Assembly: GCA_963823665.1 (NCBI GenBank)
Contig: CAWGMQ010000006.1
Coordinates: forward strand, 992,001 to 1,056,000
Source of the DNA: an uncultured Planctomycetota bacterium
GTDB lineage: Bacteria; Planctomycetota; Planctomycetia; Isosphaerales; Isosphaeraceae
Direction of reading: 5' to 3'
DNA: 64,000 nt
The translations under genes and the position numbers were made by a program. Every line of letters begins with the position of its first letter. The first letter of the stretch is position 1. Below are positions 32,301 through 46,500 of this stretch, piece after piece. A model generated the notes under the pieces. The model did not search any database. It was not told the DNA's origin and saw nothing but the letters and a program-made list of their open reading frames with translations.

Positions 32301-35300
32301 GAGACCAGGTTGCCCGCGGCGTCGTAGGTGTAGACGATGCGCGTGCCGTCCGGCGCGATGGCCGACGTGATGCGGCCCGATGCGTCGTGCGTGAACACGA
32401 TGGCCTGCCCGTTCGAGGCGGTGATCCCGCTGTCATTGAAGGTCAGGCTACTGCCGTCGGGGCGGATGATTTCCTGGACGCCGCGGGCAGTGCTCACGTC
32501 GTAGGTCGTGCCGTCCGGGGCCGTGATCGTGTATTCGGGGCCGGCGTAGAGGTCGGCCGCCGGGTTATACGCCAGGCCGGTCTTGAGGTCGTCGTAGCGG
32601 TTGCCCGCCTGGACGAGCGGACCGCCGGCCGAGGTGAGCGTGTAAGCCACACCCGCGTCCGCCGTGTAGGCCGGCGTGTAATATGTCAGCCCGTTGATCT
32701 GGTGCTTGACCGGCGTGAATGTGAAGCCGACGCGCTGTCCTGTGGGCAACGTCAGGTAGACCCGCGTGCCGATCAGGAACGGGTTGTAGATGCCGGACGA
32801 CTCGAGGCCCGTCGGCGGCACGGTCGTCTGGATCTCCACGTCCTGGCTGGCCAGCCGCCAGCCATTGCCGAACGTGCCGGACTGGGTCGCGTCCAGCGAG
32901 TCATACGAGCGAACGAGGTTGAAGACCGAGCCCGCCAGGCTCACGGAGAGGTCGGTCTCGCCCCGGAGGTACTGCGTCGGCTTGGTTGCGGTGTCGGCCT
33001 CGACGGTGACGGTCGTCTGGCCCGTGCGTCCGGCGATGTCGGTAGCCGTCAGGCGCAGGACATAGGGCCCGTTCGCAATCGCCGTGGGGTCAAGAGTCGC
33101 CAGCGTCGCGTTAGAGACGGGGCTGTTACCGCTGGCAAGGGTCGTGAAGGTCGACGAACCAACCGGGGCGCGATCCAGTACCCAGGAGTCGAGGTTGGTA
33201 TCGCTGACCGTGCCGACGATTGCGGTGCTTGCGGTCAGCCGCGCGTTGGCAAGCTGAGGACTGAACGCAACGGCTGGCGGGGACTGATCGAGAGGATCGA
33301 CGACCTTGATGACCGTCGCAAACTGGCCGACGAGCCCGTCGGCGTCAGTGCCCGTTGCGGATACCGCGATCCGGCCGGGTGCCGTCGGCGTGTACGTCGC
33401 TCGGCCCTGGCTGTCGAGCACGACCGGCTTGCCCGCGATCGTGAGCGTCAGCCCGGTGATCGGCGCCAGGCTCGACGCGGCGACGTGGACGAGGACCGCC
33501 TGGCCCGGCTTGGCCGGGAAGCTGGGCGTCAGCTCAATCAGGAGCTGCGGCGGCACGGGGTTGATCTCGCCGCGGAGCACGACCGTCTGGGTGGTCGTCA
33601 GCTCGCCGTCGGAGACCGCGAACTGGACGTCGTAATCCCCGACCTGCGCCGGCCCGGGAGTCCACGACACCGCGCCGCTATGTGCGTCGAGCGTAGCACC
33701 CTGCGGCAATCCGAGAGCCGAGTAGGTCAGCACCGTGCCCTGGTCGGGATCGCTGCCTTGAAGGGTAAAACTGAGCGGTTGACCCACCGCGGCCTGGTGG
33801 CTGGTCACGACGAGGAAGGGCGGCCGGTCGACGTTGTCGATGTGGACTTTCACATCCGTCTGGTCGGTCAATCCGCCCGGGCCGGTGACGCCGAAGACGA
33901 TCGAGTAATCGCCCGACTGGTCGTAATTCGGGGTCCAGTTGAACTGGCCGGTCTTGGCGTTGAACTGCGCGTCGGCTGGCAGCCCGGAGATCGCACTGTA
34001 GCTCAAGGGACCGCCGCTCGGATCGCCGGCGGCGATCGTGAACTGGAGCGCCGTGCCCTCGCTCCCGTCCTGCTCGACGAGCGGGACGAGCTTCGGCGGC
34101 TGGATGACCGTGATCACGTAGATCGTCAGGGGCTCGGTGGTCGTCAGGTAGCCGTCGCTGGCGCCTACGACGATGCCGCCGTACGTGCCCGACTGGAACA
34201 GGTTGGGCGCCCAGGTGATGACGCCGGAGACCGGGTCAAACGTCGCCCCGGGCGGCAGGCCGGTGGCCGAATACAGCAGTGGGTCGCCGTCCGGGTCGGT
34301 GGCCTCGATCGGCAGCGTGAGCGTCTGTTGCTGGGCGATCGTCTGGGTCGCCATCGGGACCAGCACGGGCGCCTGGTCGTTCTGCCGGACGACGAGATTG
34401 ATCGACTGCTGGTCGCCCAGGACGTCGGCGGGATTGCCGTTGCCGTTGTCCACGACCGTGAAGACGACCGTGCTCCGGCCCAGGTCGCTCGATGTCGGCG
34501 TCCAGTCGAAGACGGTTTCACCATACGTCGAGGAGGGGGTGAGCGTCGCGCCCGGCGGCAGCCCGAGGGCGCCGAAGGTCAGCGGGTCCTGGTCGAGGTC
34601 GGTCGCCACGATCGTGAATTGCAGATCCTTGCCGGCGACCGCGACCTTGTCGCCGATCGCGGCCAGGTGGGGCGGGCGGTTGGGGTTGTTGACCGTGACG
34701 ACGAAGCTCTGCGACGCCGAAAGTGCTGCGGCCGGCCCGCCGCCATCGCCGTTGTCGGTGGCCGAGAGCGTGATGGTGAAGCTGCCGGAGTCGTCCACGG
34801 TGGGCGAGAACGTGAACGTGCCGGTGCCGTCGCCGTTGTCGACGAACGTCGCGTAAGCGGGCAGGCCCAGGCCCGCCGTCCCGGAGGCCGTCAGCACCAT
34901 CGGGTCGCCGTCCGGGTCGACCGCCTGGACGGGGAGGGTCAACGTCGTCGCGTCGTTGACGGTCTGGTTCGCGATGAAGGTGATCTGAGGAGCCCGGTTC
35001 ACATTGATGATCGTGATCGGCACGCTCACCGTCGCGCTCAGGGGGACGCCCGTGCCGTCGCCGTCGTTGGTGGCGGTGAAGGTGACGAGATACCTGCCGG
35101 CGTCCGTGTAGCCGGTCTGCCAGTTGAAGATGTCCGTCTGCGGGTCGAATGTCGCGCCGGCGGGCAGCCCGCTGACAGTGTAACTGATGGTTGGCGCCGT
35201 ACCCTCCAGGGGTGTCAGGGATCCGTCGGGCAACCGCTCCTGCGGGATGAAGCCGGGGTTGTTGGGATCGAGTGCGAAGGCCCGGAAGTTGATCTGCTGG

Positions 35301-38300
35301 CCCTCGTCCATGCTCCACGATCCGAGGTCATTAAAGACGGGCGGCGCGTCCACGTTGAGCACGGTGATCGTGGTGGTCACGGTCGTCGACAGCACGCCGT
35401 CGCCGACCGTGAATGGGACCTGGTAGACCCCGTGCTGGAAGTAGCCGGGCGCCCAGTCGAAGGCGCCGGTCATGGGGTCGAGGGTCGCACCGCCGGGGAG
35501 CGTCGTGCTGGAGTACGTGAGCGGATCGCCGTTGGGATCGCTTGCCAGGAGCGCGATGTGGATCGGCTGGCCCTCGAGGATGGTCTGGTCGGACGGCTGG
35601 ACCAGGGTCGGGGGCAACGGCGCCTGTGCGATCAGCAGCGTGGTGGAGACGCTCGACTGCTTCACACCGTCGCTCACGAAGAACTCGACGTTCGGGTACG
35701 TGCCGGCCTGTAGGGCGCCGGGGAGCCAGGAGAGCGTCTCGCTCGCGGTATCGTAGACCGCCCCCGGCGGGAGGTTCTCGGCCCAGGAAAAGAGCGGCAA
35801 TCCCTGCGGGTCGGTCGCGCCGAGAGCGAATTGGAAGTTCTGACCCTCCTGGCCATCGAGCTCCGTGGGCAGCGGCGGGATCGCCGGCGGGAGGTCCACG
35901 CCCGAGACCGTGATCGTGAACGGCAGGGTGGCGTCGCTGCCGGCGGAGTCGTCAACCCGCAGGACGACCGCCGCCTGGGCCGGACTGGCCACGGTGGGCA
36001 GCCAGGTGACCAGCCCCGTGCTCGGGTCGACGCTCATCCCCGCCGGCCCCCGGACCAGCAGGTAACCGAGGCCGTAGTGGTTCGGGTCGTGGGCGAGCAC
36101 CTGGAAGCGATAGGGCTGGCCGGCTGTCGCAGTGGTCACGGGCGCCGAGTCGATGACCGGGGCGGCGTTGGGCGCGGGGGTCGCGAAGACCCCGCTCTTG
36201 AACGAGAGCCTCAGCCCCGACGGGTTGGAGAACGTGATGGTCGTGGCGGCCGTGGTCTGGCCGGCGAAGAGCTCGCCGTTCGGAAGCAGGGCGCTGAGGT
36301 CGATCCACATCGTGCTGGCGGCGTTGGGCCCCGAGCCGCCCAGGAGCTGGGCGTTATTCGGCTGGAGGCCATCAAACGTCAGGTAGAACGGGGCGAGGAG
36401 TGGTGCCGGCCCGTTATTGGTGACCGTGACGCTGTACGAAGAGGTTTTCTGCGCTGCGTTGGATCTGCCGTTGGAAAACTGGATGTTGACGAGCGCAGAG
36501 ACGTCCTGAATCGCGCTAAAGTGTGCCGAGTAAGGCAAGGCCAGCGCGAGCTCGTCGGTGCTCTGGATCGTCGTGCCGACGTTGATCGTGTAGCCCCCGG
36601 CCGCGATGGCGTCGAATGTCAGCGTGGCGGTCCTCGTCGCCGGGTCATACATGACCGAGTCGATGGTGATCGGCCCGGCGGTGTCGCCGGTCAACTGGTA
36701 ATTCGCCGGGTCGAGGACCGAGCGGGGATCAGTCGGGTCGCCCTGGTCCATGTCGTGGTCGAACGTGATGCTGATGGTGCCCAGCGGCAGGTCGACGATC
36801 GAGCCATCGGGCGGGTTCGAGCCGGCGACGCGGGGCGCCTGGACCGGAGACAGGACGTCGATCTCGTTCGATTGGCTGAGCAGGACCTGGCCGAGCGCGT
36901 TCGTCGTGATCTCGTCGCCGCGCGTGCCGCCGGTGGCGACGGCCACCGTCTGGAGGGTCGCCAGGTCGACCATCGTCAGTTCGGTCCCCTGCCCGCCCTG
37001 GGGCTCGTCGTGGGTGATGAACAGCAACCCGGCGAGCCCGGTGCCGGCCAGCCCGAATGCGATCGAGTCGACGTCGGTCGCGAGCTGGAGCATCAATTGG
37101 GGGCTATAAACCTTCGTGATCGGGTTGGGGCCGGGTGTCTGCTGGACGAACGCGACGATGTCGGTGGTATCCTGGGGCCAGGTCGCGGCCCAGAGCGTGC
37201 CGTCCGGGGCGAAGGCCAGGCTGCCGACGCGCAGACTGCTGAACGGCGTGAAGCCCTCGGTGGCGGGGTTGAAGACCTCGATGCCGCCGCCCGACGAGAC
37301 GTAGATCAGCCCGGTGCCAGGCTGGACGGCCAGGCTCTGGGTGATGCTGTCGCCGTACTGGCCGAGGATGGCGCCGGTCCCGGGGTCGAGCTGGAGCAAG
37401 GGACCGCCACCGGTGGTGGCCCAGAGCCGCCCGGAGGCGTCGACCGCCATGTCGTAGATCGGGTAGGGCTCGGTCGCCAGGGGCGTGGTCGCCTGGCCGC
37501 CCTCCGCGGTAAAGCCGAACAGCTCGTTGCGGTCGGGGCCGCCGCTGACCAGCGTCGAGCCGTCCGGGAGAGTGACGATCGCCACGGGGCCGATGTTCGC
37601 CCCGCTCTGCACGAACCCGGTCGCGAACGACTCGCCGGTGAACGGCCTGAGGATGGTCTGGAACTCGGTCGGCCGGGTGGAGGACGTCGGCGCGGGGATG
37701 GCCTGCTGGGCCTGGGTGAACAGCGGGTTGGTCGACGGCTGAGGGCTCGGCTGCTGCGGCGTACCCAGGTCGGTGGTCGTGCCGGAGACGGTCGGCAGGC
37801 CGCCGAGGTTGACCTGCGAGCCGTCGGAGGGCACCGAGAGGCCCGACGGGGGCGACTCTTGGTTTCCCGCGTTGTCGGTTGCCAGCGCTAGGAACTGGTA
37901 GATATGCCCCGCCTGGCCCTGATAGAGCCCCGAGGTCCCCGTCGTCTGGTCGAGCCAGATCTGCCAGTCGCCGCCGTCCTCGGAGACGTAGACCGTCACC
38001 CCCTTGACGCCCGACCCGCCAAAGTCGTCGGTGGCAGTCCACTGGACCTGGTAGACGGGGCTGCCAGGCGCGATCGGCGTGGCCAGGAGCGTCGTGGTCG
38101 GCGCGGTCGAGTCGACCGTGCTGGTCACGGTGTTGGTGTCCTGCGGGGCAGCGGAATCGAACAGTACCCGCGCCTGGGCGCTGATCGACGTCCCGGTCGC
38201 CAGGCCCGACATCGGCTCGACGGTGTAGGTGACGAATCCCTCCGTGGAGCCGCCCGGCGCCAGCAGGCCCCGCGTCGGGTCCTGGAGCACCTCGCCGGTG

Positions 38301-40564
38301 GCCGGGTCGATCGCCTGGAGCAGCCAGGTGATCGTGCCGGAATGGATGTCGATGCCCGCGCTGACGCGGAGGATGAACCCCTTCGACTGGGTGAAGTCGA
38401 AATCCCCCTGGAACGAGCCGACGGTGTTGGGGATGTGGACCTGGAGGTCGCCGATCTGGAGGTCGCCCAGGCGGAAGCTGCGGGGATCGAGGTTGGGGTC
38501 GAGCTGGCTGACGATCCTGATCTGGCCGGCGCCCGTCGTGGACGACGGGTTTGTGAACTGTATCGTGTAGGGCAGCGGCTCTCCGGTGGGGACGAAGTCC
38601 TGCGACCCGTAGCCGAACGGCCCGATCAACTGCGCCTGGCCCGAATCCGCCCCGCCCGAGAAGAACGGCGAGAAATTGGGTGGCTGGACGGGGACGAAGT
38701 TGGGGTCCTCGGGGTTGCTCGAATCCGTGTCGGCATCCTGGTCGTAGTCGTTGGAGTAATTGACGTAGACGGTGAACGACTCGGTGTGCGTCGGGCTCGA
38801 TTGCTGGAGGTCGAAGGCGCTGGCGGGCGGGGCGTTGCCGGTGACGATGTCGCCCGCCTCGTCTTGATTGTCGACGAAGCGGCTGCCGATATAGGGGCTC
38901 GTCTGGGTCGGGTCGTTACCATACCACTGAGCGACCTGCGAGAAGAACGCGGCGAGGTTGCCGCTAGTGACGATCTGCTGGCCGGCGGGCCCGGCCAGGA
39001 TGCCGGCGGACAGCGTGGCCAGCAGGCTGACGACCTGGGGGTTCTGCTGGACCGCCGGGGGCTCGTCGGCCGGAGCGAGCAGACCGGCCTGGGTGAGCCC
39101 GGCCAGGTAGAGGTCGGCCCAGGTCGCGGCGTCCGACGCCAGGACCTGCAACGAGGCCGACGCATTGGGATCCTGTAGGATCTTCTCGCGCAGGGTCTCC
39201 GCGTATTGTTCCTGTTGGGCGATGAACTGAGCGGTTGTTAAGGCCGTCGCCGAGGCCGTGATGTCGAACTGGAACGCGGTGTCGGAGGGGGGGCTCATTC
39301 CCGCACTCGGGGGCACGCCGTCGGGATAGGTCTGGACCAGCAGGCTGAGCCCGAAGTTCGAGGCGTCGGGCATGTTCAGGGCATAGCCGCTCGCCAGGTC
39401 CTCGCCGCCGACGTCGGCCACGGGGTTGACGCTCGCCCAGGGGACGCCGCTGACCTGCGGGCTGGCGCCGGTGCCCAGGTCGGTCGAGAGGGCCAGATGC
39501 CGGTACTCATCGGGCTGCGGATAAGGCCCCGCGATCCCGTCGAGCTCGGGGACCCCGACCTGGATGAAGACATACGGGATGTCGACGTTGGTGACGCTCT
39601 GCACGGTCACGCCGTAATACGCCTGGTTGCCCGCCGTCAGGACCCGCGTGCCGCCGAGCGCCACCGCGACGTCGGGCGGTAGCGTTGCCTCCACCAGGTA
39701 GCGATAGGGGTCGACCGCCACGGAGCCGTCGGGGTTGATGACTTCGAGGTCGTACAGCCCGTGCGGGGCGCCCGTCAGGTCGAAGATGGCGGTGATGCTG
39801 GTGCTGTTGACCACCTGGCAGCTCACCGGCTCGTACTCGGCGAACCCGGGCCGCACCAGCTTGACGATCGCCTGGGGATCGAACTGGGCGCCGAGGATCG
39901 TGGTGGTCACGTACTTACCGTCGCCCCCCGTATCGGGCAGGACGTCCGTGATCTCGAAGGGCAGCACGTTGGCCACCAGGGTGACCGGAGTGTTGGCCGA
40001 CCCCTCCGACTGCCCCCGGACCAGGATCAGGTATAGGCCCGCCTGGGTCGAGGGCACGACGGCGTACTGGTTCGCCTGGAGCGCCCCCTGGTACAGGGCG
40101 TCGTACTGGAAGGCGGTCGGGACGGCCTGGTAGCGGAGGTAGAGCTCGTTGGAATCGCCCGATTTCGAGTCAGTCAGGTCGACGCGCAGCGTCTCGCCGA
40201 GCCCGACGTTGACCTCGAACAGGCGGACCTGGCCGGTGCTCAGTGTCGTACTGACGGGAACGCCAAGCTGAAGCTCGGGCACGGTCACGTTGATCGCGTC
40301 GGCCGAAGCCGTGGTGTTGTTGCCGTAGTTGCTCTCGACCACGTCGTCGAAGATGTCGGTGCGGACGATGATGCGGTACTGGCCGGCCGCGGCCGCCGGC
40401 AGGTCCGCGGTGAGCGTGGACGTGTACGAGTCGCCGGCGTCGAGCTCGCCGCTGTGCACGACCTGGCCGATCAGCGGGTCGTCGACGCTCCAGGTCGGGC
40501 CGGTCGCGAGGTAGACCGAGTCGGTCCACGTGCCGTCGGCCGGGTAGGCGCCGATGTTCTGCAC
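26315..40564 (-). other. Giant gene segment: last CARDB, propeller, putative-Ig repeats, YD repeats, dockerin-like, hydrophobic hairpin, propeller, matrixin-like metalloprotease
   Basis: 4749-aa ORF; 'LPPGATFDP..G..W.P' repeats; 'YTYDAAGNL'; 'GDVNGDGKVDGND...DANQDGTVNAAD'; 'HELGHVLGLPD...DDLM'. Confidence 0.85.
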
Positions 40565-43500
40565 GGTCCACTGCCAGCGGCACCGAATCCCCCGATTGCG
40601 CGGCCCCGGGGGCCGTGATCGTCTGGACGGTGAGGTCCGACGGCGGTGGGACGTCGAAGATCAGCGGGGTGGCCGTGGCCGTCGCGTTGTTGGCCTCGTT
40701 GTCCCCCTCGAACACCGCGCCGCGCGGCTTGTTCGCGGTGGGCGGGTCGGTGATCACGATCACGTACCAGGGGCCCGAGAGCTTTTGCGTCGCCTGGAAG
40801 GTCGCGGTGACCGTGTAGCTCTGGCCGGCCTTCAGGCCGCCGGTGTGCGGCTCGTCGCCGAGGTAAATGTCGCCGCTGTCGAGGATCGGGTCGCGCAACA
40901 GGAAGATCCAGTCATCCCACTGCGACTGCCGGGCGGGCGTGTCGCCGGCGCCGGCGTCCGTGACGGTGTAAGTCACCGTGTAGTCCTGGCCGGTCTGGAC
41001 GTGGCCCGGCTGAGTCGGGTCGGGCCCGGTCGCGGACACCGACGAGAACCTGGAGATCGGGTGGGTTCGTCAGGATGATCGGCAGCGGGGCCGCCGTGAT
41101 GTTGTTCCCCTCGCCCCGGTACTCGCCGACGCGGGCCTGCACCTTGTCGACATTGGCCTCGAAGTAGAGCCCCGGCGACGTGGCCGAGCCGATGAGGTTC
41201 GAGTCGGTGAAGACCAGGATGTAATAGTTGCCCTGGATGCCGTCGGGGATCTGCACGTTGAGCGTGGTATCGTAGTGGTCGCCCGCCTTGAGTACTACGC
41301 CGGCTACGAGTGGGTAGACCGACGCGCCAGAACATAGGACTGGTCGTCAAGAGACGGTGATTGTGAAAGGTAAACGCGGTCGTACCATGAGCCGGGCCGC
41401 GTGTCGCGGTTGCCTGTGTTGGTGACGGTAAAACTCACCGGAATGACGTCGCCCGAGTGGACCGGAGTGGTCGGGAGGGTCAGGCTCGTGACCTGGAGGT
41501 CGGGCTCGCGGTAGATGACCGGGATCGTCTGCGACCCCTGGTTGTTTGCAGCGACATCGTAGCCGTTGGTCGCGTAGTACTTCAGGCTCTGGTCGTTGTC
41601 GCCGAGCTTCGTGCTCGGCTCGCCGTTGGGGTCGGTGATCACGTAGACATAGAACGTCTGGGGATTTGCCGCGGTCCCGCCGATCCCGTCCGGCACGTTG
41701 AACGTGTACGACACGGTGTAGCTCTGGCCGGGTCCCAGCGTCGGGGCATTGCTGTGCGCGACCGAGCCGACCGGCGTGTCGCGCTGGGTGTCCAGGGTCG
41801 GGTAGGCGGAGAAGTAAACGTCGTCCACCCAGTCGGTCGTGCCGGACCAGGTCGTGTTGCCGAAGTTGGTGACCGTCCACTGGATCGTCGTGGGGTCGCC
41901 GGAATAGTTCGGCGCCTGGGTGACGATCGACGTGACGCGGAGGTCGGCCGGCACCAGGGCGTTGACGAGAGTGGGAGCAGATGCGGTGTTGTCGTTTGTG
42001 TAGGGGCCTTCCCACGTGGGCGCGTAGTCGGTGTCGCCGATCGAGCCGCCCGTGTTGGTGTCGACGATCACGAAGCGGCCCGACACCTCGGGCGAAAGCT
42101 GGAACGTCGCCTGGGCGGCGTAGCTCCCGCCCGCGATCACGCCGCCGTCGTGCTCGATGGTCCCGAGCAGCCATTGCGTCGCGCCGGGGGCGTTCAGGGT
42201 CGACTGGTCCGACAGGTAGACCTGGTCGAAGAGGATCGAATCCTCGGTTGGGCTGGTGCCCTGGTTCTGCACAGTCCAGCTTACCGTGTAAGGGTCGCCG
42301 CCCACGGCCGTCGCCTGCGGGGTGACCGACGACACAACCAGGTCAGGCGGCGGCGTGAGCAGAACCGTGATCGGTTGGGCCTTCCAGTTGTCGTTGTTCA
42401 GCTCGTTCGGATCGTCGGGGTTGACGTTGGAACTCAGCGTGCTCTTGAACACCTGGTCGAGCGAGTCGGCCCAGGCGGTGATGAAGAACTGCCCGGAGAT
42501 GTGCGTCGGCAGCGTGACTGTCGCGGTCTGGGTGTAGCTGTCGGTGGGAGTCAGCACGCTGGGATCGTCGCCCAGCGCGCCGAGTGGGGGATGGTCGCCA
42601 GGAGCACGTCGCCCTTGCTGGTCCCGGGGCGCTTCGGGTCGTGGGCCAGCCAGATCGTATCGTTCCAGTTTGAGACGTTGGTGGTATTCAGCCCCTTGTT
42701 GGTGACGGTGTAGCTGACAGTGATCGTGCTACCGTCGTACGCCTGATCGGGCGCCGCGACGTCGCCGGTGACCAGGTCCGCGGCGGGCAGCGGGTTGACG
42801 GTGATCGGCACCGAGTCCGTGTTGTTGCCCTCGTTGGGGGTCTCGTCGACCGCGTTGCCCGAATCGGTGTCGACGATGAGGTAGGCGGGCCCCGAGAACC
42901 GGTCCGGGATAATCATGTCGCCGGTGGTCGTCTGGTAGGTGCCTTGCGGCTGGAGCGCCGACTGGTTGGCGAACGAGCCCAGGAGGGTTGCGGTGCTGTC
43001 CAGAGTGGGCTTCGCCGAAAGATAGACGCTGTCGGTCCAGTGCGGCGTTGCGGTCGCGACGCTGCCCTGATTGACCACGGTAAACTCGACCGAGACCGGC
43101 CCGCCCGCGTTGGCGCTCGGCGGCGACGTCACCGACGAGACCTGCAAGTCCGGGTTGGGCGGCAGGGTGAGCGTGACGAGGCTGGGGTCCGCGTAGGTGT
43201 CGTTGCCGGTGGCCCCGCCTTCGTACAGACCGGTGGCCGTGGTCACCGAGAGCTGGAAGACCCCCTGGACATCGGCGGGGAGCCGGATCAGCTCGTCGCG
43301 GGTGTAGCTCTTGCCGGCCTGGAGCGGCTGGGTATACGTGAACGTTCCGAGATTGTACGGCTTGGCCCCGGCCACCTGGGGCGTCAACAGCAGGGTGTCC
43401 GTCCACGGCGTGTCGGCGTCGCCCGGGCCGAGGTTCTGGACGTTCCAGGAGACGTCCACCGAGGCGCCGGCCGCCGCGGTCGCCGGGCCGTTGAGCTGCG

Positions 43501-46500
43501 TCGGCGTCAGGTCGGGCGCCGGTGTCAGCGAGACGTCCACCGGCCCGCCGACGCTCGTGTTGTTATCGGTGTAGATGAACTCGTAGGGAGTTCCGACGTC
43601 AGTGGCAACAGCGGGATACCCGGTGTGGACGACGACATAGAATGTGCCCTGTAGGCCATTGGGCAGGCTGGGAGTGACCGTGTGTGTGTAGCCGCCGCCT
43701 GGGGCGATGGCGCCGTAGTGATCGATCAGGCCGAGATCCAGGACGACGTTGGAGCCGGCCGGGTCGGTCGCCAGGCTCACGTCATCGCTCCAGGCGCTCG
43801 TGTTCGTCACGCCGATGCCCTGGTTGGCGACAGTCCACGAGACCGAGATCGGCTGTCCGCTGGCCCCGGTTGCAGGCACGGTCACCGAGGAAACCACCAG
43901 GTCGGCATAGGGGATGGGCGTGACGTCGAAGAGGTTCGGCGCTTGGGCGATATCGTTTCCGGTGTTGCCGTTCTCGAACACGGTGTTCGTCGCGTTCGTC
44001 TGCACGAAGAGGTGATAACTGCCCTCGAAATGGGGAGGAAGCAAGAAGGTCTGGGTCTGCGAGTAGCTGGCGCCTACGGCGAGCGAGCCCTGATGAGGAA
44101 ACACAGCGATGGTGGTGCCGTCGGCGGGGTTGTCGTCGGGCGAGGCGATCACGGCGTCGACCCAGCTCCCGACATCGCCCGGGCCGGTGCCCTGGTTGGT
44201 CACGGTCCAGCTCACCGTGACTTGCGCGGGGTCGCCCACTGTCAGACTGGGCGCCGAGACTGCGGAGGCGGCCAGATCGGCGTACGGCGCCAGGGCCGCC
44301 GTGACGCTGGTGCTCGCGCTGTTATTGCTCTCGGCAGTGCTCGTGCCGCCGGGACCAGCCTGGTTCCACTCGAAGACCTGGTTGTAGTAGTCGGTCGTCA
44401 CTGTGACCTGGATCTGGCCCGCGCCCGGCGTGCCTTGCGGAAGCGCGAATGAAAGCTGTCGAGCTCTCGACTGCCCGGCGTCGATCGGCCCGTTGCCGCT
44501 TGCGGTGGGGTTGTATGCGACGTCCTGGGTCGTGAGCACGGCGCCCGTGGTTGTGTTGAGGACGACGACATGATCGACAAATGGGCTGTTGACCGGCGCG
44601 GTTCCGGTATTGGAGTCGCTCCACTGAATCGAAAGATCGGACCCAGATTCCAGGCCCGATGACGGCGACAGGGTCAAAGTCGGAATGACCAGGTCGGGAT
44701 AGGGTGCCAGGGCGGAAGAGACCGTCAAGCTAGAGTTATTATTAGATTCCGCAGTGCTCGAGCCGCCGGGTCCAGACGTGTTGAACTCGGCAATCTGGTT
44801 GTAGATATCAGTCGTGACCGAGTACTGGATCTGGCCAGCGCCCCGGGCCCCGTCCGGCAGGGTCAGTGCGAATTGCTGAACTCGGAATTCACCAGGGGCG
44901 ATTGGGCCATTGCCGCTGGACTGATCGTTATACGGCACCACCGCGGTGTCGATGACCTCGCCCGTGGTCGAATTGGTCACGATGACCGAGTCGTACCACG
45001 AGCCTCGGGTGGCGCCCGTGCCCGTGTTCTGATCGTCCCAGCTCAGGGTGACCGGAGCTCCCGACTGTATTCCGGAGGCGGGGCTCACGGCGATGTTAGT
45101 GACCTGGAGGTCGGGGTACGGTGCCAGCGTCGAGTTTTCCGCCACCATCGCGGTCCTGGCCGGGTCGCCCTGGGGAGTGGAAACCTGGTTGTTCACATCA
45201 GTGGTGACGGTAAAAAGGATCTGGCCCACGCCGGGAGTGTAGTCGGGGATGCGGAAGGCGTATTGCATTGGCGCCGATGCGCCGGCGGCCAGATTCCCCA
45301 GCGTGGTCGCGTTGTACGGGACGGACGCGCTGGCCAGCACCTGGTCGGTCGTGGAGTTGGTAATCGTGACCAGGTCGGTGAAAGAGCCGGCGGCGGGAAG
45401 CGTGCCAGTGTTCGTGTCACTCCACTCGACGACGAGATTGGTCCCGGACATCAGGCCGTTGGGTGGCGACGTGGTCAGCCCGGTGACCGCGAGCGAAACG
45501 GCCTTGAAGACGCCGAAGTTCTCGCCCGAGAACTGTGCGCCGCCCGAGGCGATGATCGATAAGAAACCCGAAGCAGGGGCCGTCTGAACGTATCCCGCCT
45601 GGAGCACGTCCGAGATCGTATACGACCCCGGCGCAACGCCGGTAAAGACATAGCTCCCGTCCGATGCGGTCGTGGTCGAGGCCGCCGTGGTGGTCCCATT
45701 CATGAGGTCGACGGTCCAGCCCGCCAGTCCCGAGCCGGCGCCGATTGTCCCGTCCTCGGCATAATCGTTGTAGACCTCACCGTCTAAGGTCGCCGTAGGC
45801 AGCGATTTCACCGTCTGGGTGATCGCGGTCGACGTGCTGGCGGCGAAATCGGTGCTTCCGCCGTACTGCGCGGTGATCGAATGATCGCCGGCCTCCAAGG
45901 CCGACGTCTTGAACGAGGCCGTGCCACCGGAAAGCGTCTCGGTGTCGATGGGGGTCGTGCCGTCGTAGAAAGTCAACTGGCCGCCCGGGACGCCGCTTCC
46001 CGGTGCGCTGGCCGTCACCGTCGCGGTAAAGGTCACGAACGTGCCCAGGTTCGATGGGTTGAGCGAAGACGCGACGGCCGTCGTGGTTCCGTCCTGGTTC
46101 ACAGTCTGAGTGAAGGCCGTCGAGGTGCTGCCAGTGAAGTTGTTGTCGCCGCCGTACTGCGCGGTGATCGAATGGCCGCCGATGGCGAGGCCCGATGTGG
46201 TGTACGACGCCGCACCGTTCACGATGGTCTCGGTGTCGATCGGGGTGTTGCCGTCGTAGAAGACCACCTCCCCGGTGGGCGTCCCCGTCGCCGGGGGCGT
46301 GGCGGAGACAGTGGCCGTGAAGGTGACGGACTGGCCGAAGACGGTCGGGTTGACTGATGAGCCAACCGTCGTCGTGGCGCTCCCCTGCTTGATGGTCTCG
46401 TTGATCGTCGCCGAGGTGCTGCTCGTGAAGCTGGTGTCACTGCCGTACTGGGCGCTGATCGCGTGGCCGCCCAGGGCTAGCGACGAAGTTGTGAATGTCG

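Noticed and set aside
32240..32950. Canonical Rhs toxin with immunity gene
   Set aside because: Only a few YD-like repeats; no recognisable Rhs core end with a DPxG cleavage motif; the downstream gene is a PEP-CTERM protein.
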